NCBI RefSeq assembly: GCF_004010195.1
Contig: NC_057754.1
Coordinates: forward strand, 12,445,553 to 12,509,552
Reading direction: 5' to 3'
Length of the DNA: 64,000 nt
Source: Chiloscyllium plagiosum
Taxonomy: Eukaryota
The notes under the pieces are model-generated. The model was not told the DNA's origin and searched no databases. It saw only the letters and a program-made list of their open reading frames with translations. A program made the translations under genes and the position numbers. Positions 39,760 through 51,859 of the stretch are shown here, piece after piece. Positions within the stretch are counted from its first letter, which is position 1; the number at the start of each line of letters is the position of its first letter.

Positions 39760-39980
39760 GGGGTACTGGAAACGCACAGCAGGTAAGGTAGCATCCGAGG
39801 AGGCAGCCGAATCAACGTTTCGGGCATAAGCCCTTCATCAGGAATAAGGCTCACTCCGGATGAAGGGTTTATGCCTGACAGGCTATTCTCCTGCTCCTCG
39901 TATTCTACCTTACCGGTTGTGGTTTTCCAGTACCACATCCTCGAATCGGATCTCCAGCATCGGCAGTCCTCACTTTCTCG
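39760..39980. mobile_element. Inverted pair of PLE-terminus repeats, each with a hammerhead motif, in the Ig J-C intron
   Basis: 39760-39845 and 39853-39935 are imperfect inverted copies. Confidence 0.75.
39812..39845 (-). ncRNA. Minimal type I hammerhead ribozyme with intact core
   Basis: Reverse complement: attc-CTGATGA-a-gggc-ttat-gccc-GAAA-cgtt-ga. Confidence 0.7.
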
Positions 39981-40790
39981 TAAGCAATTAGTAGCAGTAC
40001 TGTAATGATATATTCTGAACATTGTGGTCTAAAAACCGATTCTGAAACGATTAAATCTCTCCACTCTTAAACGTTATGATATAAGCGTTTTCGAAGTAAA
40101 TCTTAAATCTCTCATGACAGAATTGATCAAAACCATAGTATTATTTACAAGGAGAAAGCTTCCAGATGTTATTATAATATTCGTCCCTCCAATACAGCAT
40201 AATAGTGTTTTATTACCTTATATGTTACAGCGTGCTGTGAGTTTATTAATCTGCTGCATTACCTTCATTACAACATTGAAAAAAAACTTTCAAAAAGATA
40301 GAATTTGCTCCAATGCATCTTGCTATCCTTAAAACTGCTTTACATATTTGATCGATTGAATACATTTCGCTTTCTGCTATCCTTTAAGACCTCGCAATGG
40401 AATGATCACCTTCCTCGTTGCAATCAGATTCTTAGCCAGGCGCACGTGGGAATTAGTACAAACTTCTAAAATCCTTCCTTTCCTTATTTTGGAAGAGCCA
40501 TATGCCAATTGACTCGAACTAAAAAGCATTGAAACAAGAACATTAAATGAACCACGTATAAAAATAAACATGCAATGAAATTCAGTTTTTAAAATAACAA
40601 TACTTCCAAAACTGATGAGCATAAACTGTTTCTTATCACTATTCTGATCCAGGAAGAATTATTTTCATTGAACTGAACGAATATTGAAGCCTTGTCCCTC
40701 ACATCTGCGAATGAAAACTTTGTGGAAGGAAGTTATTTAACTGTAGCAATATGGTGTCGTAAAAAAAATTCTTAGATGCATTTCTGATGC

Positions 40791-40803
40791 ATTTGCATGC
40801 AAA
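40791..40803 (+). promoter_or_regulatory. Intronic octamer ATTTGCAT overlapping the palindrome TTTGCATGCAAA
   Basis: Exact octamer in the J-C intron. Confidence 0.35.
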
Positions 40804-40839
40804 GATCTCTGAAGGAAGTCTGTCTCACAAACTGTGCTG

Positions 40840-40910
40840 TAGAACATAGAACAATACAGCACAGAACAGGCCCTTCGGCCCACGATGTTGTGCCGAACAT
40901 TTGTCCTAGC
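40840..40910 (-). mobile_element. Very short CR1 3' tail fragment
   Basis: tagaacatagaacaatacagcacagaacaggcccttcggccc. Confidence 0.75.
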
Positions 40911-42443
40911 TATCATTTCTCATTGATTTTATTGATGTAAATAATTACGGGAAAGGATTTCTCAAGGCTGTTCACTACACTCCTGTTAAAGACAAAGTTT
41001 TGGAAGTATATCTCGAGCCAGTATTAACTTGTCAAGCAGAAGTAGAAGCATTTGATGTTTAATCCCTGAATATGTCTATCAGACGATGTCTAGTGTCAGA
41101 TGATGGTTGTGTAGTGCCTAGAAAATAACATGGCCTGGAAAAAAATTTACACACTAATATCATTGTAAATCTTTTCAAGGGCGAGAGTGAGTTAGTCAGT
41201 ATGATGTTGTGCTTGTGAAAATCGTTTGTGTTTAATTATTGAAACTGTAAATATGTTAGAATTGCATTCGGCGTAATGAAACGGTTTCACATTTATGGAA
41301 ATTCACCTTGATATTTCCAGTAATATAACACTGACTTTGTGAGTTTGCAGAAGAGAGATTCAGTTCACAATTAATTAGTTACGCTGTTATAAAAGTTTTA
41401 AAAGGAACAAAATTGAGTAAATAAATGAACGCAATGTTTCTCTTCCAGATTTGTTTGCAATTCTGCAAGTAGCTGCATGTTCAGCTTAAGGAGACCAGAA
41501 CCGTTTTGTGGGGTTGAGAAGAAAGAGGGTAGGGGTCAATGCGTGTACAAAAATAAGATAGAACAGTTGTAATAACAATTCCACAAGTCTGAAATTTCCC
41601 TAATCACTGAAGACAATAGGTTTTTTTCAATTTAATTCAGAATTCTGCTCAAACAAGGCACCTAGAGTGCCAGACTGCAGTGGATACGAAAAATATAAAG
41701 GTAACAACGCTCCCTGGAGAAAAAAAATCTGCTAATACAGCAATTTATGATTTGTTCTTGAAATTATGACCAACAGTAAAGTTGATCTCCTGTTATTCAG
41801 CATTAGTGTACAAAACGATCAACCGTAATGTCTTGAACTGACATCACATGCAGTACAGACAAAAATGGTCGAAACAATCAACGCATTCTCTGCAATTAAG
41901 TTGGTTATTGTTTCATCCCAGTAACTTTTCTGCTGCAAGATTTGCTGCTTTCCATTGCATAAGTGTCACTTGCATTCATCAACCCATAAACCAATTCAGC
42001 AGATAAACGGGACATTTTTGTTTTTGTTAAGAGGAGGAAAATCTGTCTTTGTTTTTATCGAAGCAGTGTCTTTAATGAGGCTAATGAATTAGCGTTTTCA
42101 AAACATAGAAGTCACTTATCCTTAAAAAGGTGCGGACAGGTGGGTATGTTCTTGGTGAAAGAAAATTCGCTTATCACAATATCTGTATATTTTAAAATTA
42201 GTCGCGCAGATATGAAGTATTTGCTCGACCTGCCTATCCACTGACTGAAAACACAGTAGGGACAGCTTCAATAATAGTTTTCCACAGTAAGAGGTAAGAG
42301 AGACTGGATGCATGTGGCTTGAAAGAACGACCACGGATATTGAATAAAGCCTTTACTGTGTGTTTTTCTCTTCATGCTTTCGATGATAAACATAAATTTA
42401 CGCTACCTTGATATTTCCTAACTTCAATCCATGTGTGTTACAG

Positions 42444-42775
42444 ACTGGAAACTGCAGGTGCCATCACTGGAGTTATTTCCACCTTCTCACCAAGAATTGA
42501 CTTCAGCAGAAATGGTGACACTAACCTGTCTGGCCCATGGCTTCTATCCGGGTTTCTTGGACATGATTTGGAAAGTGGGAGAAAGTCAGACACAGAGTGG
42601 TGTGACGACAAGCTTCCCTAAACTTGAGAGTGACAACAGCTATACCATGAGCAGTTATCTGATGGTCCCAGTCAGTGACTGGAAATCGAAGGAAGAGTAC
42701 TCATGTCTTTTCAAGTACAAGTCCCAGGACACGTTGGTTCAGAAATCCATCAGCTTGAACACGTGTCATCTCTAA
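42444..42775 (+). CDS. Ig light-chain-like gene exon 3: C1-set constant domain
   Basis: Phase-1 acceptor ttacag|; PSLELFPPS.QEL..VTLTCLAHGFYP..W..DNSYTMSSYL.VP..DW..YSC..KSISLNTCHL*; terminal Cys; no TM segment. Confidence 0.93.
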
Positions 42776-42920
42776 GGAATGACATTTCATTTCCGCAAAA
42801 ACACTCTAATTGAAAAGCAGAGTGTGGCAGGTATCTCGGCAAATTAAATAAATGCATCTGACTGGGGAGAAGCTTCATTTTATTGGCGAGCTATTAGTGA
42901 CATCGTTGTGTTACTACATG

Positions 42921-42926
42921 AATAAA
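42921..42926 (+). terminator. Polyadenylation signal of the Ig-like gene
   Basis: AATAAA followed by a T/GT-rich tract; an alternative AATAAA lies at 42847. Confidence 0.65.
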
Positions 42927-43439
42927 CTGTTTTTTTGTGCAATCGTATAAGCAATTATTGATTTAAAATGCAAATATTTGTTTCTTCATACAAATATAAC
43001 TTCCAACTGGGTTTCAAAGGTCGCCTTCTGTTGGGTGTGACGTGGATAAATTGGAAAAATAAACTTTCCAGTATCAATATTCCCCAGCTTTGTCCAAATT
43101 ATTCTTGTGCGTATGGTTTCCCATTCCTTGATGTATTGAGTGGTGAAACGGGGACAGTGTTGCAAAATCACTGCGCTTATTTTTCTGAAACGCAGACTAA
43201 AAAATTGGGTGTGTGACTTAAAATCCTTCAATAGCAGCTGTCACAATTCAAGTTCAATTAAACAAATCGTTGAGACTACTCCGATATTAAACTCAATTAA
43301 TAGTGACCATGATGCTGTCATCAATTATTTAAAATAAAAACTCTCGTTCACTAATTTCCTTCAGGGAAAGACATTTGCCAGACTTAGTTGACCTTCACTG
43401 AAGTCCTGATATAAAGCAGCATGGTTCATGTGTATCAAT

Positions 43440-44520
43440 AACACAATAGGAAATATGAACAGGAGTAAGTCATCTGGCCCTGCAAACATTTTCTGAAGTT
43501 TAATAGGATCACGGCTGATTCAACATTCATCACTTCCATATTCCTGCCCTTTCCCCGTAACCATTGATTCATCTCCTGATCAAGAATCTATCTATCTCAG
43601 CGTTAAATTAACGCAACGACACTGCCTTCATGGCTCTCTGTGGCAAATCATTCCAAAGATTGACAGTCCTCTGAGAGAATGCATTTCTCTTTGTTTCCGT
43701 CATAAATTAGCGCCCTTTATTCTGAGACGATGCACTGGTCTTCCCGTGTCTTGCATGAGGTCAAAGGTCGTCACAGTATTAACCATGAAACGGCCTTTAA
43801 GAATTTTTATGTTAAAGTGAGATCACCTCTCTTTTTCTAAATACCAGTAAATAGAGTTCAACCTTTCTGAACTTTGCTCACAAACAAATTCGTCCATGCC
43901 AGCGATCGCACGAATGAGCATTCTCTGAACTGCTCCAATGAAAGATTATTTTTCCTTAGAAAATGAGACAAAACTACTCATAGTACTTCAGATATGGTCT
44001 TTTAAAAGTCTTTCACGCATCCAAAAAGACTTCCCTACTTTCAAATTCCAATCTCCTTGAATTACAGGAGAACATTCTGTTATACTTACAGATTATCTGC
44101 TTTAGCTTTGTGCTGACGTTTTCTGTTTCGCACAGGAGTACCCACAAGTCCCATTATGTTGCAGATTTCTGCAGTTTTCCTTCACGTGAATAATACTCCA
44201 TATTTCCCTCTTTCAAAATAAACAACTCATATTTTTTCCTCAAAATGCCAACTTTCTAACTATCCCATCCAGCTTTCTCTCCAGACAGTTTGTGACACAT
44301 TAACAACTTGTCTTTCCACCTACTTTTGTGACACCTGCAAGTTTGGCTGCAGTGTATTCACATCCTTCCACGAAAGTCATTCCTATATATCTTGGAACCA
44401 GCAGTGGTCCCAGAAATAATTATTATGGAAGACCAAAGGTTGAAAATTTCCAATCTAAAAAAGAACCACTTATCAACATTCTTTTTCTTTTAATTTCCTG
44501 TCCAATGAGCAGTTCCCTGT
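43440..44520 (-). mobile_element. Decayed CR1 fragment
   Basis: Reverse-complement CR1 3' end (tcaagaatctatctatctcag) and RT-end motifs. Confidence 0.75.
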
Positions 44521-45029
44521 TCACGCCTCAATACTAGCACTAACACTATCCACCATCTGAAATGGTCAATAAATGGCAATTAAGTACGAATAACAAGTGG
44601 TATCCTTAAAATGACGTGCACATACTATGAAGAAAAACAAAGATTCTTTGCAGTCATATGAATGTAAAAAAAAATGCTGCGCTGAGCGTCTGCACATGTT
44701 TAAAATTCATTCACGGGATGGGGGCACCATTGTTTGATAATATTTAATTTGGGACTCAACGTCTCGTGTAAAACACAAAACAAACAGTTAATTTAGATAA
44801 AAAGAGACATTACTGTTGCTGTTCCATCCAAGAATATCTGAGTTGTTGGTGGCACTGCTGAACATGGGTAACAAAGCAGTCCTGCCACTCACCCGCATTA
44901 CCTATCCAGAAGAACGGTGGCTCTGTGATTATCATCCTTACTTAATTCTCATTCTAAGAGAGACAAATGGAATAAATTCATCGATATTCAGTTTTGGAAT
45001 ATGCTAATCGATAAGGATATAATGTTAAA

Positions 45030-48000
45030 TATAAGACCATAAGACACATGAACCGAAATTAGACAATTCAACCCATCGAATCTGCTGACATTCAATAATG
45101 GTTGTTACATTTCTTAGCCCCATTCTCTCGCTTTCTATCCATAACATTTGACCCCCTTGGTATGAAAGAATCTATATTTCTTAGTCTGTTATGGACTAGG
45201 GTAGACCATTCATTGCATTTTAGGCAGGCAGCCCATACCATAACTTTGGTATTTGTTTCGCTAAGTGTACAATGAAAATTACCCGGAGTAAGTTTGTTTC
45301 GTTGACTACTAGGCTTTAAAACATACAAAAAATTCTCCACAAAATTATGGAATGCAACACAAAGAACAAAATACTGAATATCCACCGAAATCAATCTGTC
45401 CAAAATAGAATTAGTTATGCTGCTCCGAAAAATACGTGCGATCGTCACAATTAAAAAATAACTCCTTAAACACACAGTAAAAATGAAACACAGGCTTACC
45501 AGGTCGAAGTTAGAAAGGGGGAAGGAGAGAGAGAGTTTTCCAACCTTTTTTCCATACAGCCTCTGCTGCAACTGACCAAACCATAATTCAGCTTCCAGGA
45601 CTGCCCACTCCCATTTCATTATACATATTACTTCTAAATTATAAACGCTTTGGTCTAAAGTCCCATCCATTTACGTATAAACAAAAACGCCTCCCATTAC
45701 CCATTTCATCTCTGTACCACTTCAGCCTATTCGGTTTCTGAGCAATTTTTACGACCCCTTTGAAAAATTCAAGGACACAGCATTCTTGAGAAAAGGAATA
45801 GCTTTTTCTTAAACAAGGACCGGCTTTGTGACACCTCCCCCCTTAAAAATGAACTAGCAACATCCAAAGATATACTCATTTTTAACACGCCTCAGAAAAA
45901 ATGTTTAATAGCATAAAACGCACATATACACTACATCGATTATACACATGCAAACATGCACAACCACATTCGAATTCGGCTGTGGCACACCCACCACTGA
46001 ACGCCTCTGAATCCGATGTGAGTCTCGACAACGAGTCGGCAATCATGGTTTCGCAGTCTGCTACATGCACAATTGTCAAACTGAATGTCTGCACTAACAA
46101 GTTCCATCTAAACAGTCTGGCATTTTTGTCCTTTACGTTTTTCACAAATGTCAATATATGCGATTGTCTCAGATGCTATGCTGGTAATATAAACACTGAA
46201 ATATTGCAATGCCGAAACCAAGATCATAGTCTCTTTCTCGACTGTTGAATATTTCAATTGATGAACGTTCACCTTCCTGAACAAAAATAGGCGATGAGTC
46301 TTGCTATTCCCTCGTCATCCTCCCGCAGTAGCACCGCACCGACACTCACATCACTGACATTGAAAGCCACCTTGAAAGGCTTCCTGAAATCAGGTGTGAC
46401 CAACGCTGGGGCAGTGGTTAACACACTTTTTTAGGCTGTCGAACGTCTTCTGACAGTCCGCTGTTCACTGAAATTTTCTGCCATTTTTAACAATGCAGTG
46501 AGTGGAGGATTCACACTGTCAAAATTCTGCATAAAGTTTCACTCAGTCCCAGGAACTGTAATACTGCTCTTTTCATGGATAGTATGGGAAATTCCCCAAT
46601 TACTTTCGTTTTCGCATCCTGTGGGACCAGTTGTCCGTGTCCAATAACATGGCCCGGGAAGGTGACTTGGGTTTTGCCAAATTCACTTTTAGCCAGTCTT
46701 ACCGTCAAGCTTGCATTCCGCAGTCGATTTCACAAGTCCTATAGGTGTTGTAAATGTTCCTTCCATGACTGACTAAAAATCACCAGGTCATCAAAGTACA
46801 CAACACAGTTGGGTAATCTGGCAATGACCTTTTTAGTTAGTCTTTCAAATGTGACTGGCGCGTTATTCATACCAAATGGCATGCATTTCAATGGATAAAG
46901 TTAATTTTGCGTTCTAAAGCCGAAATTGCCTTTGCTCTTTCTGACAAATGTCAGCTAGCAGCCTCGGAGCAAGTCCAAATGAGAAACGTAAACTACTTGT
47001 CTCACCTTTTCGACGCAGTCTTCCAACTATGGAATTGAATATGCTTCAGTCTTTGTACTAGCACTGACTTTGCGATAATCCACACTTAACCATTGGGTAA
47101 CACCTCGCTCTGGCACTATGACGACTGGTGAGCTCTAGTCATGGTAACTCACTTCGATTATGCCATCTTGGAACACGTATTCTATATCTTTCTGAACCTT
47201 GCCAACTTCGGAGAGATGTTGCTTAATCGGAACCGCATCTCCTATACCTACATCGGCACAATGAGGTTGGTACTTCCCAGTTTATTTCTTCATATCTCCC
47301 CAAGCTATACTAATAACTGTTTCACTTAATTTAGATTTTCTTGTGGAAAGTACTGAATATTTTAACCAAATTTTTGACAACTTCCTCATTTTTCAATTTG
47401 ATTTGAGGGACGTCCAATTCAGAATCTTCTGAACTTGGTTCTTCCTTCTGGGTTGCAATCATTAAAAACTTATCCTCCTGTTTTCCTTCGCTGTCAAAGC
47501 ATCTTTTGAGCATATTCACATGACATATTCTGTGAGATTTCTTCCTGTATCGAGTCCCTATCAGGTAGTTCACCTCACTCAGTTTCCTCACAAATTGATA
47601 AGGTCCACTAAACTTGCTTTAAAAGGTTCAGCTATTACTTGAAGTAACGCCAATACCTTATCTGAAATGGCGGAATTGAGAATTTTTGATTTCTTGGACG
47701 CTTCCTGTTTCATTGTATACTGCGATAATTTTAAACGCTGCCTAGCCAACTCCCCTTTAAAATAGACAAAACATTATTCAGAAAATTATGCAGTGAAACA
47801 CAAAGAACAAATATCGAATAACCACAGAACTCCGTCTATCCAAACTATATGTAATTATGCTGTTCTGACAAATGTGTACAACAGTCCCAATAAACAACAC
47901 CCTTAAACACAGAATGAAAATGAAACAGGCTTACAGTTCGAAGTTAAAAGGACAGAAGGCGAGAGGGAGGTTTCCAGCCTTCTTTCATACAGTTTCCACT

Positions 48001-50400
48001 GCAACTAACTAGAATTCAGCTTGCAGGAATGACCACTCCCCTTTAATTATACAAGTTACTTTTAAAACATAAAAATTTGGCCTAAATTCTCATCTATTTG
48101 GGTGTAAATGAAACAGCCTCCCAATACCCTTTCATCTCTGTCACACTTCAGCCGATTCGGAACCTGGGCCATTTGCACGACCCCTCTGAAAAAAATGATG
48201 AACACAGTATCCTTGAGAAAAGGAACAGTTTTTTTTCTTAAAAAGCTACAGCTTTGTGACACTTCCCTCCTTAAATACACTCAATGGCCGGGCTTTCAAA
48301 ACCTTCTGTGCAGTAAATTCCATAGACTCGACACTCTCTGGGTGAATATGTTTCTCCGTTTCTCAGTACTAAAAGATCTTCTCTTTCCTCTGAGGCTCTG
48401 CCTCCGGTGTGAGTCTGTACTAAGAATGGAAACATCTTCCAAACGTTTACACTCTCGAAGCCATTCAGTCTTCTACATGTTTTAATTAGATCGACTCTCA
48501 TCCTTCTAAACTCCATCGAATATACACCTAGAGTGCTGAAGCCTTCCTCATTGTTTTTCATAAGTTTCTCATTATTGAGGCTATTCTTCTGAAACTCTTT
48601 GAACACGCTCCAGGTTCAGTGCATCCTTTCTGAGATATGGTGTCTTAAAGCTGCGCAAAATGCTCCAAATGTCGTCTGAACAGAGCCTCAGAAGTGCATC
48701 CTCTCAAAATAAATGCCATGATTCCATTTGCCGTTCCAACTACTGACTCAATCTGCAAGTTTATCTTGAGTGATTCCTGAACTAAAACTCCCAAGTGTCT
48801 TTGCACTTCAAATTTCTGAATTTTATTCCAATTTAGAAATTGGAATGCCTCTATTCTTCCTTCCAACGTGCATATCCTCGCACTTCCCCACGTTTACTGC
48901 ATCTGCCACCATTGTCCGCTCTCCTAAACTATTCATATCCTTCTGTAGCCTCCTGAACGCTACCTGACTCTCTAGCTATCTTAATAACGTCTGAAAACTT
49001 AGCCAGAATGTCTTCACTTCCTTCATTGATGTATAACGTGAAAGATTGTGGTCCCAACACTGAGCCTTTTGGAACACTACTTGTCACCAGTTGCCATCCA
49101 GGGAAATACACTTTTATCCCCACTCTCTGCTTTCTGCCAGACAGCCATGCTTCTAACTGTGTTAGCACCTCTCCTCTGAGACCATGGGCTCTTATCTTAC
49201 ACAGTAGCCCCTGTGTGCATCCTTGTCAAAGGCCTTATTGACGTCCAAGTAGATAGACATCCAAGGCTCACCTTGGTCTAACTTGTTTGTCACCTCCTCA
49301 AAGATTTCCAGCAGATTTGTCAGGCTTCGTCCCTTTGTTGAAACCATGCTGACTTTGCCATATATTATCATATGCTTCCATGTTTTCATAAATTCATCCT
49401 TCACAATTGAGTCCAGAATCTTACCCATGAACGATATTAGGCTAATTGGTCTGTAATTTTCCATTTTTACCTTACTCCCTACGTAAACAGTGGTGCCACG
49501 TAAGCGATTTTCCAGTCCTCTGAAACCATCCCTGATTCTAGTGATTCCTGAAAGATCACGATTAACTCCTCCACTATCTTTTCAGATATCTCCTTTAGAA
49601 TTCCGGATTGCAGTCCATCTGGTCCAGGTGATGTGTCCACTTTCAGGCCGTTCAGTTTAACTAGCACCTTCTCCTTGGTGATGACCATCATACTCAGCTT
49701 TGTCCCCTCATTCCCTTGATTTTTTGAGAATGTACTCCTGTCTTCCACCGTGAGGACTGCTACAAAGTAATTATTTAATTGCTCACCTATTTCTTTCTTC
49801 CCCACTACTATCACTCCAATGCCATTTTCCAGCAGCTCAATGTCTACTTTAGCCTGCCTTTGCCCTTTATATTTCCAAAGAAACTTTTATGGTCTCCTTT
49901 ATGTTACTGGCTAACTTAGTCGAATATTTAACCTTCACACTTCTTATTTATTTTTCTTTTTGTTGCCCTTTGTTGGTCAATGTAAGCTTCACAATACTTT
50001 GGTTTCCCACTTCACGTGGCCACATTATAGGCCTTCCCTTTTGTTATTCTGTTATCCTGACTTCCCTAGTCAGACATAGGTGCCTCATCGTCGCTGTCCA
50101 ACGCTTCGTTATTTTTCTTTTCTGCGATGATTCCCTGCTGTATCCTGAATTATTCCCTGGAATTCCTGCTATTATGTTTCCACTGTCTTTCCTGCTCGCC
50201 CTTTCTCCCAGTCAATTCTGAGTAGTTCCTCCCTCACAACTCTGTATTTGCCTTTATTCAGCTGTAATATCGTTAAATCTGATTTGATCTTCTCCCTCTA
50301 AAATTTCACAGTAAATTCAATCATATTATGATCACTAGCTTCTAAAGCCTCATTCATCTTAAGTTCACTTGCCAACTCTGCCTCATTGCACAACATTAAG
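45030..50400 (-). mobile_element. CR1 LINE split by a Gypsy insertion (pieces 45030-45186 and 48271-50400)
   Basis: Tail taagaccataagac at 45031; sequence resumes as ttaaatacactc at 48271; ORFs with NYRPISL, SPGPDGL, VPKGSVLGP. Confidence 0.85.
45187..48270 (-). mobile_element. Gypsy (Gmr1-like, INT-RT-RH order) LTR retrotransposon relic with an internal deletion
   Basis: LTR 45187-45833 (TG..CA); PPT 45834-45846; RNase H NARLFRW..IVHV..ADSLSR; RT YFDD at 46787-46798; integrase GPY module at about 47600; second partial LTR 47755-48261. Confidence 0.88.
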
Positions 50401-50439
50401 CACCAACTAGCTCCACCACAATCAGCTCCAATCAGCTCC

Positions 50440-51540
50440 AAAAATCCATTTGCGGAACACATGCGGAAAATTATGCGCAAATTAAGCAGAGGTAGCATAG
50501 CTTTCTGAAGACAAATCATGTCTGCCTAATTTATTAGAGTTTCTTGAAGAAACCTCAACCAGAGTACACAAAGGGAAATCAATAGATGTGATGTATTTGG
50601 AATTCAAGAATGCGTTTAATGCAGGAACTGACAAAAGGTAAGTTGATAAGATAACAGCCATGATGTTGGAGGTCATATCTTCGTGTGAATAGAGAATTGA
50701 CTGATAGGTAAGAAAGAGCAAGTAAGAATACTGGGGTTTTCAGGTTAGAGAACTACAACCAGTAATATTGCACGGAGATCAGTGCAGTAATTACAATAGT
50801 GTACAATACATATATTAATGACTTCGAGGAAGCAAGTGGATGTGCTGTAGCCAAAAAAAGAAATAACAAGTGGAAAGTCCAGCTGCCAGAGGGATAGAAA
50901 TAGTTTGCAGAGACATATGAATAGTTCAAGTGAAGAAAAATTTGGCAAATGAAAGATAATATACAACAGTACGAAGTTGTTTATTTCAGAAGACACGTAA
51001 ACATGGTGGAGAAATGCTGCAGACTGCTGCGACTTTTGGGCGTATTTGTGCGTGGAAGATAGAAATTTAGCAGACATAGGCAGAGGGTCATCAGGAAGTT
51101 CAGTTGACTGTTGGCCCTTAATTCACGTTGGTTGTTGAAAGAGTGGGACATCTCAGTGAAGCTGTAAAGTTGTCTGGTAAGAATACATCTGAAATAATGT
51201 GAGCAGTTTTAGTGTCATTATTTGAATAAACATATCATGTCATTGAAGGCAGTGCAGAGGAGATTCACAGAGAAAATCCCTGGTATGCAGAACGTAGCTC
51301 TTTTTTTTTAAATAAACGATTATCTCATTGGAATATATAGGATTCTTAAGGGGTTTCACAGGGTCAATTTTGGGAGGATGTTTCCACTCATGGAAGAGTC
51401 TAGGGACAGAAGGCATAATATCGGAATATGGAAAATGGGAAAAAGATAGTAAAGTCGTTGCAAGGAATTTAGCATGAGCCATAATCCTATTAAATGTTGA
51501 AATGTGCTCAAGGTGTCGACGGGTCTCCTCCTGCTCCTTT
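50440..51540 (+). mobile_element. Decayed CR1 RT-to-3' fragment
   Basis: SCLPNLLEFLEETST..IDVMYLEFKNAF; CR1 tail. Confidence 0.75.
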
Positions 51541-51859
51541 TTTTAAAAATTGCTGCCAGGCCTGCTCAGGTTTTCCAACTAATTATTTTCTGGTTGCTTC
51601 AGCTCCCAGCACCATTCCTCTCCCACGCACAGTAACATTTGTCCATCGACAGGACTTGCACTTCACATGCGCCAGCTTTCAATGGGCGGGGCCCGAGGAA
51701 GACGTCATCATCGGACACGGGTGTGATTAGAGTCTTCCAAACCAATTGAAGAGAACGGGGGCGGGGTGATCTTTTTAACAGGCCCCAGATACCTGATATT
51801 TAAAAAGATTTTTCGAAGTTTTATAATTTTTTCAACCTGGTCAGAAATATTATTCTAGA

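Noticed and set aside
45092-45670. 192-aa minus-strand ORF
   Set aside because: It lies across the LTR and CR1 tail and has no recognisable domain.
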